A DNA stretch of 64,000 nt from Flavobacteriales bacterium (GCA_038202695.1 JBBRET010000011.1:6544-70543); one strand, 5' to 3'. Positions 37,488-47,630 are shown, counted from the stretch's first letter. A program made the numbers and translations. The notes: generated by a model from the sequence alone, not told the origin.

Positions 37488-40367
37488 ATGAAGTACTTCC
37501 ACGAAAAAATCGAAGCCAAATGGCAAAAGTATTGGGCTAAAAACCAAACGTTTGCTGCCACTAATACTTTTAATTCTGAGCCTTCCGAGACACAAAAACC
37601 AAAGTATTATGTGCTAGACATGTTTCCGTATCCTTCTGGAGCCGGTTTGCACGTTGGTCATCCGTTAGGTTACATTGCTTCCGATATTGTGGCGCGTTTC
37701 AAACGACATAAAGGGTTTAATGTTTTGCATCCGCAAGGTTATGACTCCTTCGGATTACCCGCAGAGCAATATGCCATTCAAACCGGACAGCATCCCGAAA
37801 AAACAACTAAGGAAAATATTGCACGCTATCGGGAACAATTAGATAAAATTGGTTTTTCGTTTGATTGGAGCCGGGAAGTACGCACTTCAAACGCCGATTA
37901 TTATAAATACACACAATGGATTTTCATCCAATTATTCAATTCGTGGTACAATAAAGAAACCGATAAAGCAGAAGACATTTCGACACTGATTTCAAATTTT
38001 GAAATGGGAGGCAATACTAATGTCAATGCTGTTTGTGATGATAATGTTGCGGTGTTTTTTCCGTCAGAATGGCATGGGTTTTCAGAAGAAGAAAAACAAA
38101 AAATCCTATTGCAATACCGATTAACTTATTTGGCAGAAACCGAAGTAAATTGGTGTCCGGCTTTAGGAACGGTTTTGGCCAACGACGAAATTGTAAACGG
38201 AGTTTCTGAACGTGGCGGTCATGCTGTTATTCGTAAAAAAATGACACAATGGTCAATGCGAATTTCTGCTTACGCCGAAAGATTATTACAAGGTTTAGAA
38301 TCCATCGACTGGAGCGAATCCATAAAAGAGTCACAACGCAATTGGATCGGAAAATCAGTCGGAGCTACCGTAGATTTTAATGTTGAGCATTTAAGAGAGC
38401 GCATTTCAGTATTCACTACGCGTCCTGATACCATCTTCGGGGTAACGTTTATGACCTTAGCTCCTGAACACGAATTGGTTGGTAAAATTACAACTCCTGA
38501 ACAAAAAGCAGCAGTTGAGGCTTATGTTGAAGCTACAGCCAAACGGTCCGAACGGGAAAGAATGGCAGATGTAAAAACCATTTCTGGAGTATTTACGGGT
38601 GCTTATGCGGAACATCCATTTACAAAGGAATCAATTCCGGTTTGGATTGGTGATTATGTTTTAGGGGGTTACGGATCTGGTGCTGTTATGGCTGTTCCTT
38701 GTGGCGATGAAAGAGATTATGCCTTTGCCAATCATTTCAAAGGACAAAACGGAATGCCAGCAATCAAAAATATTTTCAATCAAGATGTTTCAAAAGAAGC
38801 ATTTGGAAGTAAAGATGGATTTGAATTAGTAAACTCCGATTTTTTAAATGGTTTGGGTTATAAAGCTGGAACTAAAAAAAGTATAGAAGAATTAGAAGCC
38901 ATCCGCCAAGGAAAAGGCAAAACCAATTACCGTTTGCGTGATGCCGTTTTTTCCCGTCAGCGCTATTGGGGCGAACCATTTCCGGTGTATTATGTGAATG
39001 GAATGCCACAGATGATAGAAGCTAAACATTTACCAATTGTATTGCCAGAAGTAGCCAACTATTTACCAACCGAAGACGGACAACCGCCTTTAGGAAATGC
39101 CACACATTGGTCTTGGGATACTATTAACAACAAAATTGTCTCAAACGAACTGTGTCATGCCGATCCTTCCGAAGCAGCTCTTAACGGCGTATATCCTCTA
39201 GAACTAAACACTATGCCAGGTTGGGCAGGCAGCTCGTGGTATTGGATGCGGTATATGGATGCGCACAACGAAACTGAAATTGCTAGCAAAGAAGCATTGA
39301 AATATTGGGAGAGTGTAGATTTATACATTGGCGGAAGCGAACATGCAACCGGACATTTATTATACTCACGTTTTTGGAACAAGTTTTTAAAAGACAAAGG
39401 CTACGCACCAACAGAAGAACCTTTCAAAAAACTGATTAATCAAGGAATGATTTTGGGAATGAGTGCGTTTGTTTACAGAAGTGAAGATTCCAAAAAACTA
39501 TATTCAAAAGGATTAATTGCTAGAGAAAAAGTTCATCCAATCCACGTTGACTTAGCTGTAATCAATGATATTACCAACGAATTAGATATTGAAGCGTTCA
39601 AAAAGCATCCCTTATATTCTGATTACAAAGACGCCGAGTTCATTTTAGAAAATGGCAAATACATCGTTGGTCGCGAAGTCGAAAAAATGTCTAAATCAAA
39701 ATACAATGTGGTCAATCCGGATGACATTTGTAATGATTATGGTGCTGATACGTTACGATTGTATGAAATGTTCCTTGGTCCGTTAGAACAAGCAAAACCA
39801 TGGAATACTGCTGGAATAACTGGAGTTTCAGGCTTCCTAAAAAAACTATGGCGTTTGTATTTTGATGACAATTCAGGTTTGAACATTACCGAAGAAGAAC
39901 CAACCGCTGAAATGTACAAAGCGCTGCACAAAACCATCAAAAAAGTAACCGAAGACATCGAGAACTTTTCATTCAACACATCCGTTTCACAGTTTATGAT
40001 TTGCGTCAACGAATTGGCAACCTTGAAATGCCATCACCGAAAAATATTAGAACCATTAACCATCACCATTTCGCCTTATGCACCACATATCGCTGAAGAA
40101 TTATGGAGTCAATTGGGTCACGAAGGCTCAATTTCAACAGTTGCTTTTCCAATTTGTGAAGTAAAATACTTAGTAGAATCTGAAAAAGAATATCCAGTTT
40201 CTTTCAACGGAAAAATGCGTTTTACGATTAAGTTACCTTTAGATTTAACCGTTGCGCAAATTCAGGAAATTGTTTTGGCAGACGAAAGAACCATCAAACA
40301 ATTGGATGGGAAAACTCCGAATAAAGTCATCATCGTTCCTGGAAAAGTGATAAATCTGGTTGGATAG
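37488..40367 (+). CDS. leuS: Leucine--tRNA ligase
   Basis: FPYPSGAGLHVGH (HIGH), FTTRPDT, KMSKS; start placed at ATG 37488. Confidence 0.98.
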   Translation: MKYFHEKIEAKWQKYWAKNQTFAATNTFNSEPSETQKPKYYVLDMFPYPSGAGLHVGHPLGYIASDIVARFKRHKGFNVLHPQGYDSFGLPAEQYAIQTGQHPEKTTKENIARYREQLDKIGFSFDWSREVRTSNADYYKYTQWIFIQLFNSWYNKETDKAEDISTLISNFEMGGNTNVNAVCDDNVAVFFPSEWHGFSEEEKQKILLQYRLTYLAETEVNWCPALGTVLANDEIVNGVSERGGHAVIRKKMTQWSMRISAYAERLLQGLESIDWSESIKESQRNWIGKSVGATVDFNVEHLRERISVFTTRPDTIFGVTFMTLAPEHELVGKITTPEQKAAVEAYVEATAKRSERERMADVKTISGVFTGAYAEHPFTKESIPVWIGDYVLGGYGSGAVMAVPCGDERDYAFANHFKGQNGMPAIKNIFNQDVSKEAFGSKDGFELVNSDFLNGLGYKAGTKKSIEELEAIRQGKGKTNYRLRDAVFSRQRYWGEPFPVYYVNGMPQMIEAKHLPIVLPEVANYLPTEDGQPPLGNATHWSWDTINNKIVSNELCHADPSEAALNGVYPLELNTMPGWAGSSWYWMRYMDAHNETEIASKEALKYWESVDLYIGGSEHATGHLLYSRFWNKFLKDKGYAPTEEPFKKLINQGMILGMSAFVYRSEDSKKLYSKGLIAREKVHPIHVDLAVINDITNELDIEAFKKHPLYSDYKDAEFILENGKYIVGREVEKMSKSKYNVVNPDDICNDYGADTLRLYEMFLGPLEQAKPWNTAGITGVSGFLKKLWRLYFDDNSGLNITEEEPTAEMYKALHKTIKKVTEDIENFSFNTSVSQFMICVNELATLKCHHRKILEPLTITISPYAPHIAEELWSQLGHEGSISTVAFPICEVKYLVESEKEYPVSFNGKMRFTIKLPLDLTVAQIQEIVLADERTIKQLDGKTPNKVIIVPGKVINLVG

Positions 40368-40408
40368 TTTTTTTATTTTTAAAAATGTCAACTTGTCATT
40401 TGTAATAT

Positions 40409-40425
40409 TTGGCGCATAATTTGCT
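40409..40425 (+). promoter_or_regulatory. Sigma-54 (-24/-12) promoter
   Basis: TTGGCGCATAATTTGCT: GG-N10-GC, near the consensus TGGCAC-N5-TTGC. Confidence 0.7.
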
Positions 40426-40456
40426 ACTAAGGAAGTAAATTAAAAAAAAAAAAATT

Positions 40457-41152
40457 ATGTTTGGATACTATATTTTAATCGGTCTTATTGCATTAGTAAG
40501 TTGGGCAGTTAGCTCTAAGTTGAAAAGCAAATTTGAAGAATACTCACACATTCAATTGCGCAACGGCATGAGCGGAGCTGAAATTGCCAACAAAATGCTA
40601 AACGACAACGGCATTTATGACGTAAAGGTCATTTCAACTCCAGGGCAGTTGACCGATCACTACAATCCGGCTGACAAAACTGTGAATCTAAGTGAAAGCG
40701 TTTACAACCAACGAAATGCTGCAGCTGCAGCCGTTGCTGCGCACGAATGTGGTCATGCGGTGCAACATGCTACCGCCTATAAAATGTTACAATTGCGTTC
40801 CCAGTTGGTGCCCATTGTTAACGTATCTTCTACATTGTCACAATGGTTGATTTTTGGTGGATTGATTCTGGGTGCAGCGGCCGGATTGGGTTTCGGATTC
40901 TATATTGCAGTGGCTGGTTTAATACTTATGGCAATCGCAACAGCATTCAGTTTTATAACGCTTCCAGTCGAATATGACGCCAGTAACCGAGCTTTGGCTT
41001 GGCTAAAAAATAAAAACATGTTGAGTCAACAAGAATATGCTGGTGCCGAAGATGCTCTAAAATGGGCAGCCAGAACGTATGTAGTTGCTGCTATCGGAGC
41101 TTTGGCCTCCTTGCTCTATTGGGCGTTGCAAGTTTTTGGGGATAGACGATAA
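40457..41152 (+). CDS. Membrane zinc metallopeptidase (YugP-like)
   Basis: LTDHYNP, AAHECGHA (HExxH), TLPVEYDAS. Confidence 0.9.
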   Translation: MFGYYILIGLIALVSWAVSSKLKSKFEEYSHIQLRNGMSGAEIANKMLNDNGIYDVKVISTPGQLTDHYNPADKTVNLSESVYNQRNAAAAAVAAHECGHAVQHATAYKMLQLRSQLVPIVNVSSTLSQWLIFGGLILGAAAGLGFGFYIAVAGLILMAIATAFSFITLPVEYDASNRALAWLKNKNMLSQQEYAGAEDALKWAARTYVVAAIGALASLLYWALQVFGDRR

Positions 41153-41158
41153 CAAAAT

Positions 41159-41185
41159 ATCCGTTGCGAAAGTAGCGGATTTTTT
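41159..41185 (+). terminator. Rho-independent terminator
   Basis: ATCCGTTGC-GAAA-GTAGCGGAT plus a T-run. Confidence 0.8.
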
Positions 41186-41187
41186 AT

Positions 41188-41269
41188 TAAGGAGCGAATC
41201 GTTCGGGCGGTTTCAGTAATCGCAATTCCCGCCATCCGTTTTACTACGTGCCACTGCTGTCGGGGCTAA
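41188..41269 (+). ncRNA. Structured intergenic repeat, Flavo-1-like, copy 3
   Basis: TAAGGAGCGAAT...TTCCCGCCATCCGTTTTACTACGTGCCACTGCTGTCGGGGCTAA. Confidence 0.5.
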
Positions 41270-41323
41270 TGAGTTAGCCATATCATCCAAGAAAACCAAA
41301 AATTAAATGCTGACAACCCAACA

Positions 41324-41800
41324 CTATAATTGAATCTGTCTTTCAATTTGCTGCTCCAAAGAAATAAAGGTTTCCGTTCTTGAAACCCCATCAATTGGCT
41401 GTATTTTCTTGTTCAGCAGCTGCATCAAATGTTCGTTATCGCGGCAAATCATTTTGATTAGAATACTCCAATTTCCGGTAGTATAATGACATTCTAGCAC
41501 CTCCGGAATTTTTTTAAGCTCCTTCACTGCCTCTGCATTGCTCGAAGCTTTGTCGAGATAAATCCCAATAAACGCCATCGTTTTGTATCCTAAAACTTTA
41601 TTGTCTACAATCAGTTTGGAGCTGGCGATTACACCAGCATCTTCTAGTTTACGCAAGCGCTGGTGAATTGCAGCACCAGAAATTCCGATTTTGTTGGCGA
41701 TTTGAAGTATGGGTCTACGCGCATCTTCCATTAAGTGGCGCAGGATTTCTTTATCGATACCGTCAATTTCTATTTGTAATTGGTTTATTTTCATTTTCAA
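41324..41800 (-). CDS. Lrp/AsnC family transcriptional regulator
   Basis: HTH IDKEILRHLMEDARRPILQIANKIGISGAAIHQRL; RAM domain ECHYTTG. Confidence 0.93.
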   Translation of the reverse strand: MKMKINQLQIEIDGIDKEILRHLMEDARRPILQIANKIGISGAAIHQRLRKLEDAGVIASSKLIVDNKVLGYKTMAFIGIYLDKASSNAEAVKELKKIPEVLECHYTTGNWSILIKMICRDNEHLMQLLNKKIQPIDGVSRTETFISLEQQIERQIQL

Positions 41801-41887
41801 GTGATTTGAAAGTAAAAATAACGATTTAGTATAATATCGGAATAAAAAAATTAAAATTGCTTTTAATTCATAATTTAATTTTTATTT

Positions 41888-42052
41888 CTATTCTCTGTAA
41901 TGCTTTATTACAGCGTATATAAAGATGGCTACTCCGATAATAAGAAATGAGTAGTCAATTATAGGATAATTTATAAATAAGTTGCCTACATTCATTGTCA
42001 ACACGGCAATTAAGTACAGGTATATTGGTTTTAAATTTTTTAAATATTTCAT
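41888..42052 (-). CDS. Small two-TM membrane protein (54 aa), not in the ORF track
   Basis: MKYLKNLKPIYLYLIAVLTMNVGNLFINYPIIDYSFLIIGVAIFIYAVIKHYRE*; starts 21 nt after the upstream gene end, same strand. Confidence 0.6.
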   Translation of the reverse strand: MKYLKNLKPIYLYLIAVLTMNVGNLFINYPIIDYSFLIIGVAIFIYAVIKHYRE

Positions 42053-42072
42053 AGTAATATATATGCAAAATT

Positions 42073-43446
42073 TTAATTTCCCATCAACCTATCTGGATTG
42101 TACCCAATATAAGGCATTTCAGTTTCTTTGAAAATCACACCAAATTCTTCAAGCTCCTTAAGGATAGGTTCATAGACTTCTCGGTGAATTGGCAATTGAA
42201 CTCCAGGGGTTTTGATTTTGCCGTTCAGTATTTGAATGGCTGCTATCGCAACAGGCAATCCCACAGTTTTTGCCATTGCAGTATAAGTTTGGTCGTCCCC
42301 AATGCAAACCATTTTCGAATCTATTTGCTTGCGTTCCCCATTAATTTCGTACCCAAATTTATGATACATCACAATCATGTCTTTATCCTCCGCTTGCAAT
42401 GTCCAACTATCAGTTAATATGTGCTCTAAGATTTGAGCTGGAGTTGCATTCTTCAATCCAACTTTCTTATTTGGGTTGAATAAATCCAATTCCAACAATT
42501 TGTCCCACATGATATCATCTTGTTCAATTCCGAGTTGCAAACGGGTCTTAATTTCTACCGAATCTGTTGGAGAATAGGGTAAAAATAAATTAATAAAATC
42601 GCGGTAGCTTAAATTTTCAGAATCATCTAAAACATAAGTATCATCGGTCATGCCGAGTTGAATAAACATATTCCACGCTTTCGAAAATCCGACCCGACGA
42701 ATAGTTCCGCGGTAGACCGTCAACGCATTATCTAAGCCATATACACTACGGTATTTCAACGAATCGCGGTTTGCGTATCCTTCAAACTTTCCGTATCCTT
42801 CCACATATAAAAACTCTGTTCTTCTAAATAATTTAGGGTACGGAATGTATTTGTATTTGCCTTCTTGAATGAACTTAGCAGCACCGCCTTGTCCGGCCAA
42901 AACAACATTTCTTGGAGCCCAGGTGAATTTGTAATTCCAAAGATTGTTATCTGATTCTGGTGCTACTAATCCGCCGCAGAAGGATTCAAACAAAATCATT
43001 TTTCCGCCTTTTTCCTCAATTTCATGAATTACTTTCATCGCACTCATGTGGTCAATGCCAGGGTCAAGTCCAATTTCATTCATAAAAACCAAGTTGTTTG
43101 CTTTTACTTCAGCATCCAAACGTTGCATCGCATCTGAAACATAAGAAGCGGTAACCATATTTTTCTTGAAAGTCAAACAATCTTTAGCCACTTCAATGTG
43201 CATGTGTGCTGGTAACATCGAAATCACGATGTCTGCTTTTTGAATTTCCGCTTGACGCTGGGCAACATTATTGATGTCAAAAGCAATCGGAGTAGCATTG
43301 GGATGATTATTGGTTTTGCGTTGGGCTAATTCTAATGACAAATCACCAATGGTTAAGTGCAAATTTTCAGCAGTAGATTTGTTTATTAAGTAGTGAATCA
43401 GAGATGACGCCGAACGACCGGCACCAATAATTAAAATGTTTCTCAT
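42073..43446 (-). CDS. Saccharopine dehydrogenase family protein
   Basis: IIGAGRS, NEIGLDPGIDH, YKFTWAPR, MAKTVGLP. Confidence 0.9.
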   Translation of the reverse strand: MRNILIIGAGRSASSLIHYLINKSTAENLHLTIGDLSLELAQRKTNNHPNATPIAFDINNVAQRQAEIQKADIVISMLPAHMHIEVAKDCLTFKKNMVTASYVSDAMQRLDAEVKANNLVFMNEIGLDPGIDHMSAMKVIHEIEEKGGKMILFESFCGGLVAPESDNNLWNYKFTWAPRNVVLAGQGGAAKFIQEGKYKYIPYPKLFRRTEFLYVEGYGKFEGYANRDSLKYRSVYGLDNALTVYRGTIRRVGFSKAWNMFIQLGMTDDTYVLDDSENLSYRDFINLFLPYSPTDSVEIKTRLQLGIEQDDIMWDKLLELDLFNPNKKVGLKNATPAQILEHILTDSWTLQAEDKDMIVMYHKFGYEINGERKQIDSKMVCIGDDQTYTAMAKTVGLPVAIAAIQILNGKIKTPGVQLPIHREVYEPILKELEEFGVIFKETEMPYIGYNPDRLMGN

Positions 43447-43458
43447 TTGGGTAGTTTT

Positions 43459-43794
43459 TTATTCCAAATCCTTTTCTAAATTTTCAAGTTCTTGTTTGGC
43501 TTCTTGTTTGGTTTCGATTTTTTGTTTTTCAAATTGGGTATCCTGAACAACTTCGTCTTTTATTAAAAGGGTCTTACCCAATACGAATACAGAAGAAAGG
43601 ACTCCCAGAAACAATAAGGCATTTGGAAGCTTTTTTTTATTTTCATCAGATATTTTAAGCAATATCAATCCAAAAACTAATGCAATGCCTATGGGTAAAA
43701 AAGCGATAGTATTCATTGGTAAAACCGCAAAAATAATTGCCAATAGGGTGAAAATAATTGTTAAAACTAGAAATAACTTTCTCATGGTTTGCAT
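43459..43794 (-). CDS. Hypothetical membrane protein
   Basis: Three hydrophobic segments and a charged tail; the start may be 43785. Confidence 0.6.
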   Translation of the reverse strand: MQTMRKLFLVLTIIFTLLAIIFAVLPMNTIAFLPIGIALVFGLILLKISDENKKKLPNALLFLGVLSSVFVLGKTLLIKDEVVQDTQFEKQKIETKQEAKQELENLEKDLE

Positions 43795-43797
43795 AAA

Positions 43798-44559
43798 TTA
43801 GAGTCCACTTGCTGAGGTTAAAGCCAATTGTCCGGTTCCGACAGGAATACTAAATTTAAGCAAAACGGGAACTTTTTTAGCGTCAGCGGTAAGCCAAATT
43901 AGGTTTTTGTCTTTTCCTTTTAGTGCGTCTGTCTTGGCTCCAATGGATAGTTTATAACATTCTTTTTTACCCAAATTTCCGGCTGAAACAGTTTCTTTTC
44001 CCATATATTTTAACGTAACCGGAATTTGTTTTTCATCAAAAACAATCATCAAAGATTGGGTTTGTCCCTCTGTCATTTTGGTTAAATCCATGGTTCTAAC
44101 TTTATACAAAAGCGAAATCACATCTTGTGTTGAATTGCCAATGGTAAATGTTTTTTTAGTTTCCGGGTCGTTTTTTCGCTTTGAAGTACTGCTGACTGTA
44201 GTGCCTTTGAAAACATATTTTTCTTTCTTAGTCCATCCTCCTTCATCTATGCTTCTTTTATATAGACTTGGTTTTAAGTTAGTCGGATTGACATACGATT
44301 CATAAAGGTCTCTAATTTTGAAAAAGGAATCCCATTTGCTATAAGTTGACAATTCACAACTCAGGTGTAAATAGGTGTTTTTTGCTGTATTTACGTTTTC
44401 AGTAGACATGGTTACTTGTGCCAGTTGTGTCATTAGACCACTCATGTTATATGAACCCACATAAACTAATTTTTCGTTCGATTTTATAGTTTGTCCGTTT
44501 ACTGTAAAAAGGGGACAAAGTGTAAAAAAGGAACAAAGGATAAAAAGTATTTTCTTCAT
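43798..44559 (-). CDS. DUF3108 family exported protein
   Basis: Signal peptide; FFKIRDLYESY and IWLTADAKKVPV pattern. Confidence 0.75.
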   Translation of the reverse strand: MKKILFILCSFFTLCPLFTVNGQTIKSNEKLVYVGSYNMSGLMTQLAQVTMSTENVNTAKNTYLHLSCELSTYSKWDSFFKIRDLYESYVNPTNLKPSLYKRSIDEGGWTKKEKYVFKGTTVSSTSKRKNDPETKKTFTIGNSTQDVISLLYKVRTMDLTKMTEGQTQSLMIVFDEKQIPVTLKYMGKETVSAGNLGKKECYKLSIGAKTDALKGKDKNLIWLTADAKKVPVLLKFSIPVGTGQLALTSASGL

Positions 44560-44694
44560 GATTGTGAATTAATGCTGCAAATATAAATTTTTTAAAATGG
44601 TTCTTTAAGAAGTTTAAGCACAAAAGAATCTCGAATTTTCTTTAATTGTAATTAGATAACGAATAAATTTGCGTTTTAGTATAGACTTATAATT

Positions 44695-45081
44695 ATGGAA
44701 AAAAAAATAACAAGTGTTGCTGCTTTGATGGGAATCACAGCAATTATTTTAGGTGCTTTTGGGGCGCACGCTTTAAAAAAACACTTATCGGTAGAACAGT
44801 TAGGTTCGTTTGAAATCGGAGTTAAATATCAAATGTATCATGCGCTGTTTTTATTGTTCTTAGGTTTGCAATCTTCATTGCCAATAAAAGTTAAAAAAAC
44901 AATACTACAACTCGTTGTTTTTGGGGTTATTTTATTCTCAGGCTCTATTTATTTGCTGACCCTGAAACCGCTCACTGGAATTGATTTTAAATCTATCGGA
45001 ATCGTAACGCCAATTGGTGGTGCCTTATTGATATTGGCTTGGTTTGTTTTACTTTGGAAGAATTGGAAAACACAAAGATAA
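44695..45081 (+). CDS. DUF423 membrane protein
   Basis: GAFGAH, YQMYHA, FSGSIY, TPIGG. Confidence 0.9.
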   Translation: MEKKITSVAALMGITAIILGAFGAHALKKHLSVEQLGSFEIGVKYQMYHALFLLFLGLQSSLPIKVKKTILQLVVFGVILFSGSIYLLTLKPLTGIDFKSIGIVTPIGGALLILAWFVLLWKNWKTQR

Positions 45082-45162
45082 TATTTTGATAAAAAAAAGC
45101 GTTTCTAAAATTTAATTTTTACCTTTGACGTCAAATTTATAATGCAATACAAACTAATTTCT

Positions 45163-46788
45163 ATGGAGAATTATGCTCAAACTACGAAATCGATTTCGTT
45201 AGAAAAATATGGGATTCAAAATGTTCAAGAAATAATTCACAACCCATCCTACAATCAGCTTTATAATGATGAATTAAATCCGAGTTTAACAGGATATGAA
45301 AAAGGACAGTTGACTGAACTTGGAGCTGTAAATGTTATGACGGGAGTTTTTACTGGACGCTCGCCTAAAGATAAATATATTGTTAAAGATAACGTAACAG
45401 AAAATACTATCTGGTGGAATTCAGATAAAGCGGCAAATGACAACAAGCCAATTACACAAAACACATGGAATGCCTTAAAAGAGACTACTGTAAATCAATT
45501 GTCTGGAAAGAAATTATATATAGTGGATGCTTTTTGTGGGGCAAACGAAAACACCCGATTAAAGGTTCGATTTATAATGGAGGTAGCTTGGCAAGCTCAC
45601 TTTGTGACCAATATGTTCATTCGTCCATCGGATGCTGAATTAGAAAATTTTGGCGAACCCGATTTTATTGTAATGAACGGTTCTAAAACTTCTTTCAAAG
45701 ATTTTGCGGCTCACGGATTGAATTCTGAAGTATATGTTGCTTTCAACTTGACTGAGAAAATTCAGATTATTGGCGGTACATGGTATGGTGGCGAAATGAA
45801 AAAAGGAATGTTTTCGATGATGAATTATTATTTGCCGTTACAAGGTATTGCCTCAATGCATTGTTCTGCAAATAAAGGGGAAGATGGTGACGTGGCTGTT
45901 TTCTTTGGATTGTCCGGAACTGGTAAAACTACCTTATCTACTGATCCTAAACGAGAGTTGATTGGTGATGATGAACACGGTTGGGATTCTGAAGGCGTTT
46001 TCAATTTTGAAGGCGGATGTTATGCCAAAACCATTGATTTAAATAAAGAGAACGAACCAGATATTTATGGAGCAATAAAAAGAGATGCTTTGTTAGAGAA
46101 TGTCACCGTTGATGCTAATGGAACTATCGATTTTAAAGACGGTTCTGTGACTCAAAACACCCGAGTTTCCTATCCGATTTATCATATCCATAATATTGTA
46201 AAGCCAATTTCAAAAGCGGGACATGCAACTAAAGTTATTTTCTTAACAGCGGATGCTTTTGGTGTAATGCCGCCAGTTTCAAAATTAACTCCAGAGCAAA
46301 CAAAATATTATTTCCTATCCGGTTTTACTGCAAAATTAGCTGGAACTGAATTGGGAGTTACAAAGCCTGAACCCACTTTTTCTGCATGTTTTGGAAAAGC
46401 TTTTTTATCCTTGCATCCAACTAAATACGGAGAAGAATTGGTTAAGAAAATGGAGCAAAACCAAGCGAAAGCTTATATGGTAAATACCGGTTGGAACGGA
46501 ACAGGAAAACGTATTTCTATAAAAGATACACGCGCCATTATTGATGCTATATTAGATGGTTCTATCGAAAATGCTGAAATTAAAAAAGTTCCAGTTTTCA
46601 ATTTAGAAGTTCCAACATCTTTACATGATGTTAATACAGCAATTTTAGACCCAAGAGATACTTATGAACAAGTGTCGGATTGGAATGAAAAAGCAACTGA
46701 TTTAGCATCCCGATTCATTAAAAATTTCGCACAATATACCGATAATAGTGAAGGTCAAAGTTTGGTCAAAGCCGGACCTGAATTATAA
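45163..46788 (+). CDS. pckA: Phosphoenolpyruvate carboxykinase (ATP)
   Basis: [34 protein letters not shown]; start placed at ATG 45163; TACCTTTG at 45120. Confidence 0.98.
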   Translation: MENYAQTTKSISLEKYGIQNVQEIIHNPSYNQLYNDELNPSLTGYEKGQLTELGAVNVMTGVFTGRSPKDKYIVKDNVTENTIWWNSDKAANDNKPITQNTWNALKETTVNQLSGKKLYIVDAFCGANENTRLKVRFIMEVAWQAHFVTNMFIRPSDAELENFGEPDFIVMNGSKTSFKDFAAHGLNSEVYVAFNLTEKIQIIGGTWYGGEMKKGMFSMMNYYLPLQGIASMHCSANKGEDGDVAVFFGLSGTGKTTLSTDPKRELIGDDEHGWDSEGVFNFEGGCYAKTIDLNKENEPDIYGAIKRDALLENVTVDANGTIDFKDGSVTQNTRVSYPIYHIHNIVKPISKAGHATKVIFLTADAFGVMPPVSKLTPEQTKYYFLSGFTAKLAGTELGVTKPEPTFSACFGKAFLSLHPTKYGEELVKKMEQNQAKAYMVNTGWNGTGKRISIKDTRAIIDAILDGSIENAEIKKVPVFNLEVPTSLHDVNTAILDPRDTYEQVSDWNEKATDLASRFIKNFAQYTDNSEGQSLVKAGPEL

Positions 46789-46813
46789 AGAACTAAACTA
46801 AAAAACCAAACCA

Positions 46814-46856
46814 ATTTAAAAAAGCCATTCACTTTATGCGAATGGCTTTTTTAAAT
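46814..46856. terminator. Bidirectional terminator between convergent pckA and hemD
   Basis: ATTTAAAAAAGCCATTC-loop-GAATGGCTTTTTTAAAT, 17-bp arms. Confidence 0.85.
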
Positions 46857-46870
46857 ATTGAATTTTACAG

Positions 46871-47629
46871 TTATTTTCCTTTGTTTGCATCGGCTATATA
46901 TCGCTCTAATGCCATGGTCATTGATGGCGTTTCAGGCGTTGGCGCCAAAATATCAATCCGCAATCCGCAATCTAAAGCCTCTTTTTGAGTAGTACTACCA
47001 AAAACTGCAATGCGAGTATCGTTTTGTTGAAAATCTGGAAAGTTTTGAAAAAGTGATTTAATACCAGTCGGACTAAAGAAAGCCAAAATATCATAATACA
47101 CATCGGCCAAATCAGACAAATCGCTCACTACAGTTTTGTAAAAAGTAGCTTGCGTCCAATCGACTTTAAGACTGTTCAATGTTTGAGGAATATCAAAATT
47201 TAATTGATCAGAAGCGGGTAAAAGAAATTTTTCTTCTTTGTATTTTTTTATTAAAGGTGACAAATCAACAAAGTCTTTTTGACCCACATAAATTTTACGT
47301 TTTCTGTAAACTACATATTTCTGTAAGTAAAAAGCAATCGCTTCTGACTGACAAAAATATTTTAAATCTTCTGGAACTTTATAACGCATTTCTTCCGCCA
47401 CTCTGAAAAAGTGATCTACAGAATTTTTGCTTGTTAAAATAATAGCTGAATAATTATTGAGGTCGATTTTTTGAGCTCTGACATCTTTTGCATTTACTCC
47501 TTCTACATGAATAAAAGGGCGAAAATCAATTTTTACCTTATGTTTTTGCTGTAATTCAAAATAAGGTGAATTCTCTACTTTTGGTTCTGGTTGTGACACC
47601 AAAATTGTTTTCACTTTTAGATTTGACAT
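46871..47629 (-). CDS. hemD: Uroporphyrinogen-III synthase family protein
   Basis: ILVSQP, IILTSKNSV, FFSPTGIKS, AVFGSTT. Confidence 0.8.
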   Translation of the reverse strand: MSNLKVKTILVSQPEPKVENSPYFELQQKHKVKIDFRPFIHVEGVNAKDVRAQKIDLNNYSAIILTSKNSVDHFFRVAEEMRYKVPEDLKYFCQSEAIAFYLQKYVVYRKRKIYVGQKDFVDLSPLIKKYKEEKFLLPASDQLNFDIPQTLNSLKVDWTQATFYKTVVSDLSDLADVYYDILAFFSPTGIKSLFQNFPDFQQNDTRIAVFGSTTQKEALDCGLRIDILAPTPETPSMTMALERYIADANKGK

Positions 47630-47630
47630 G

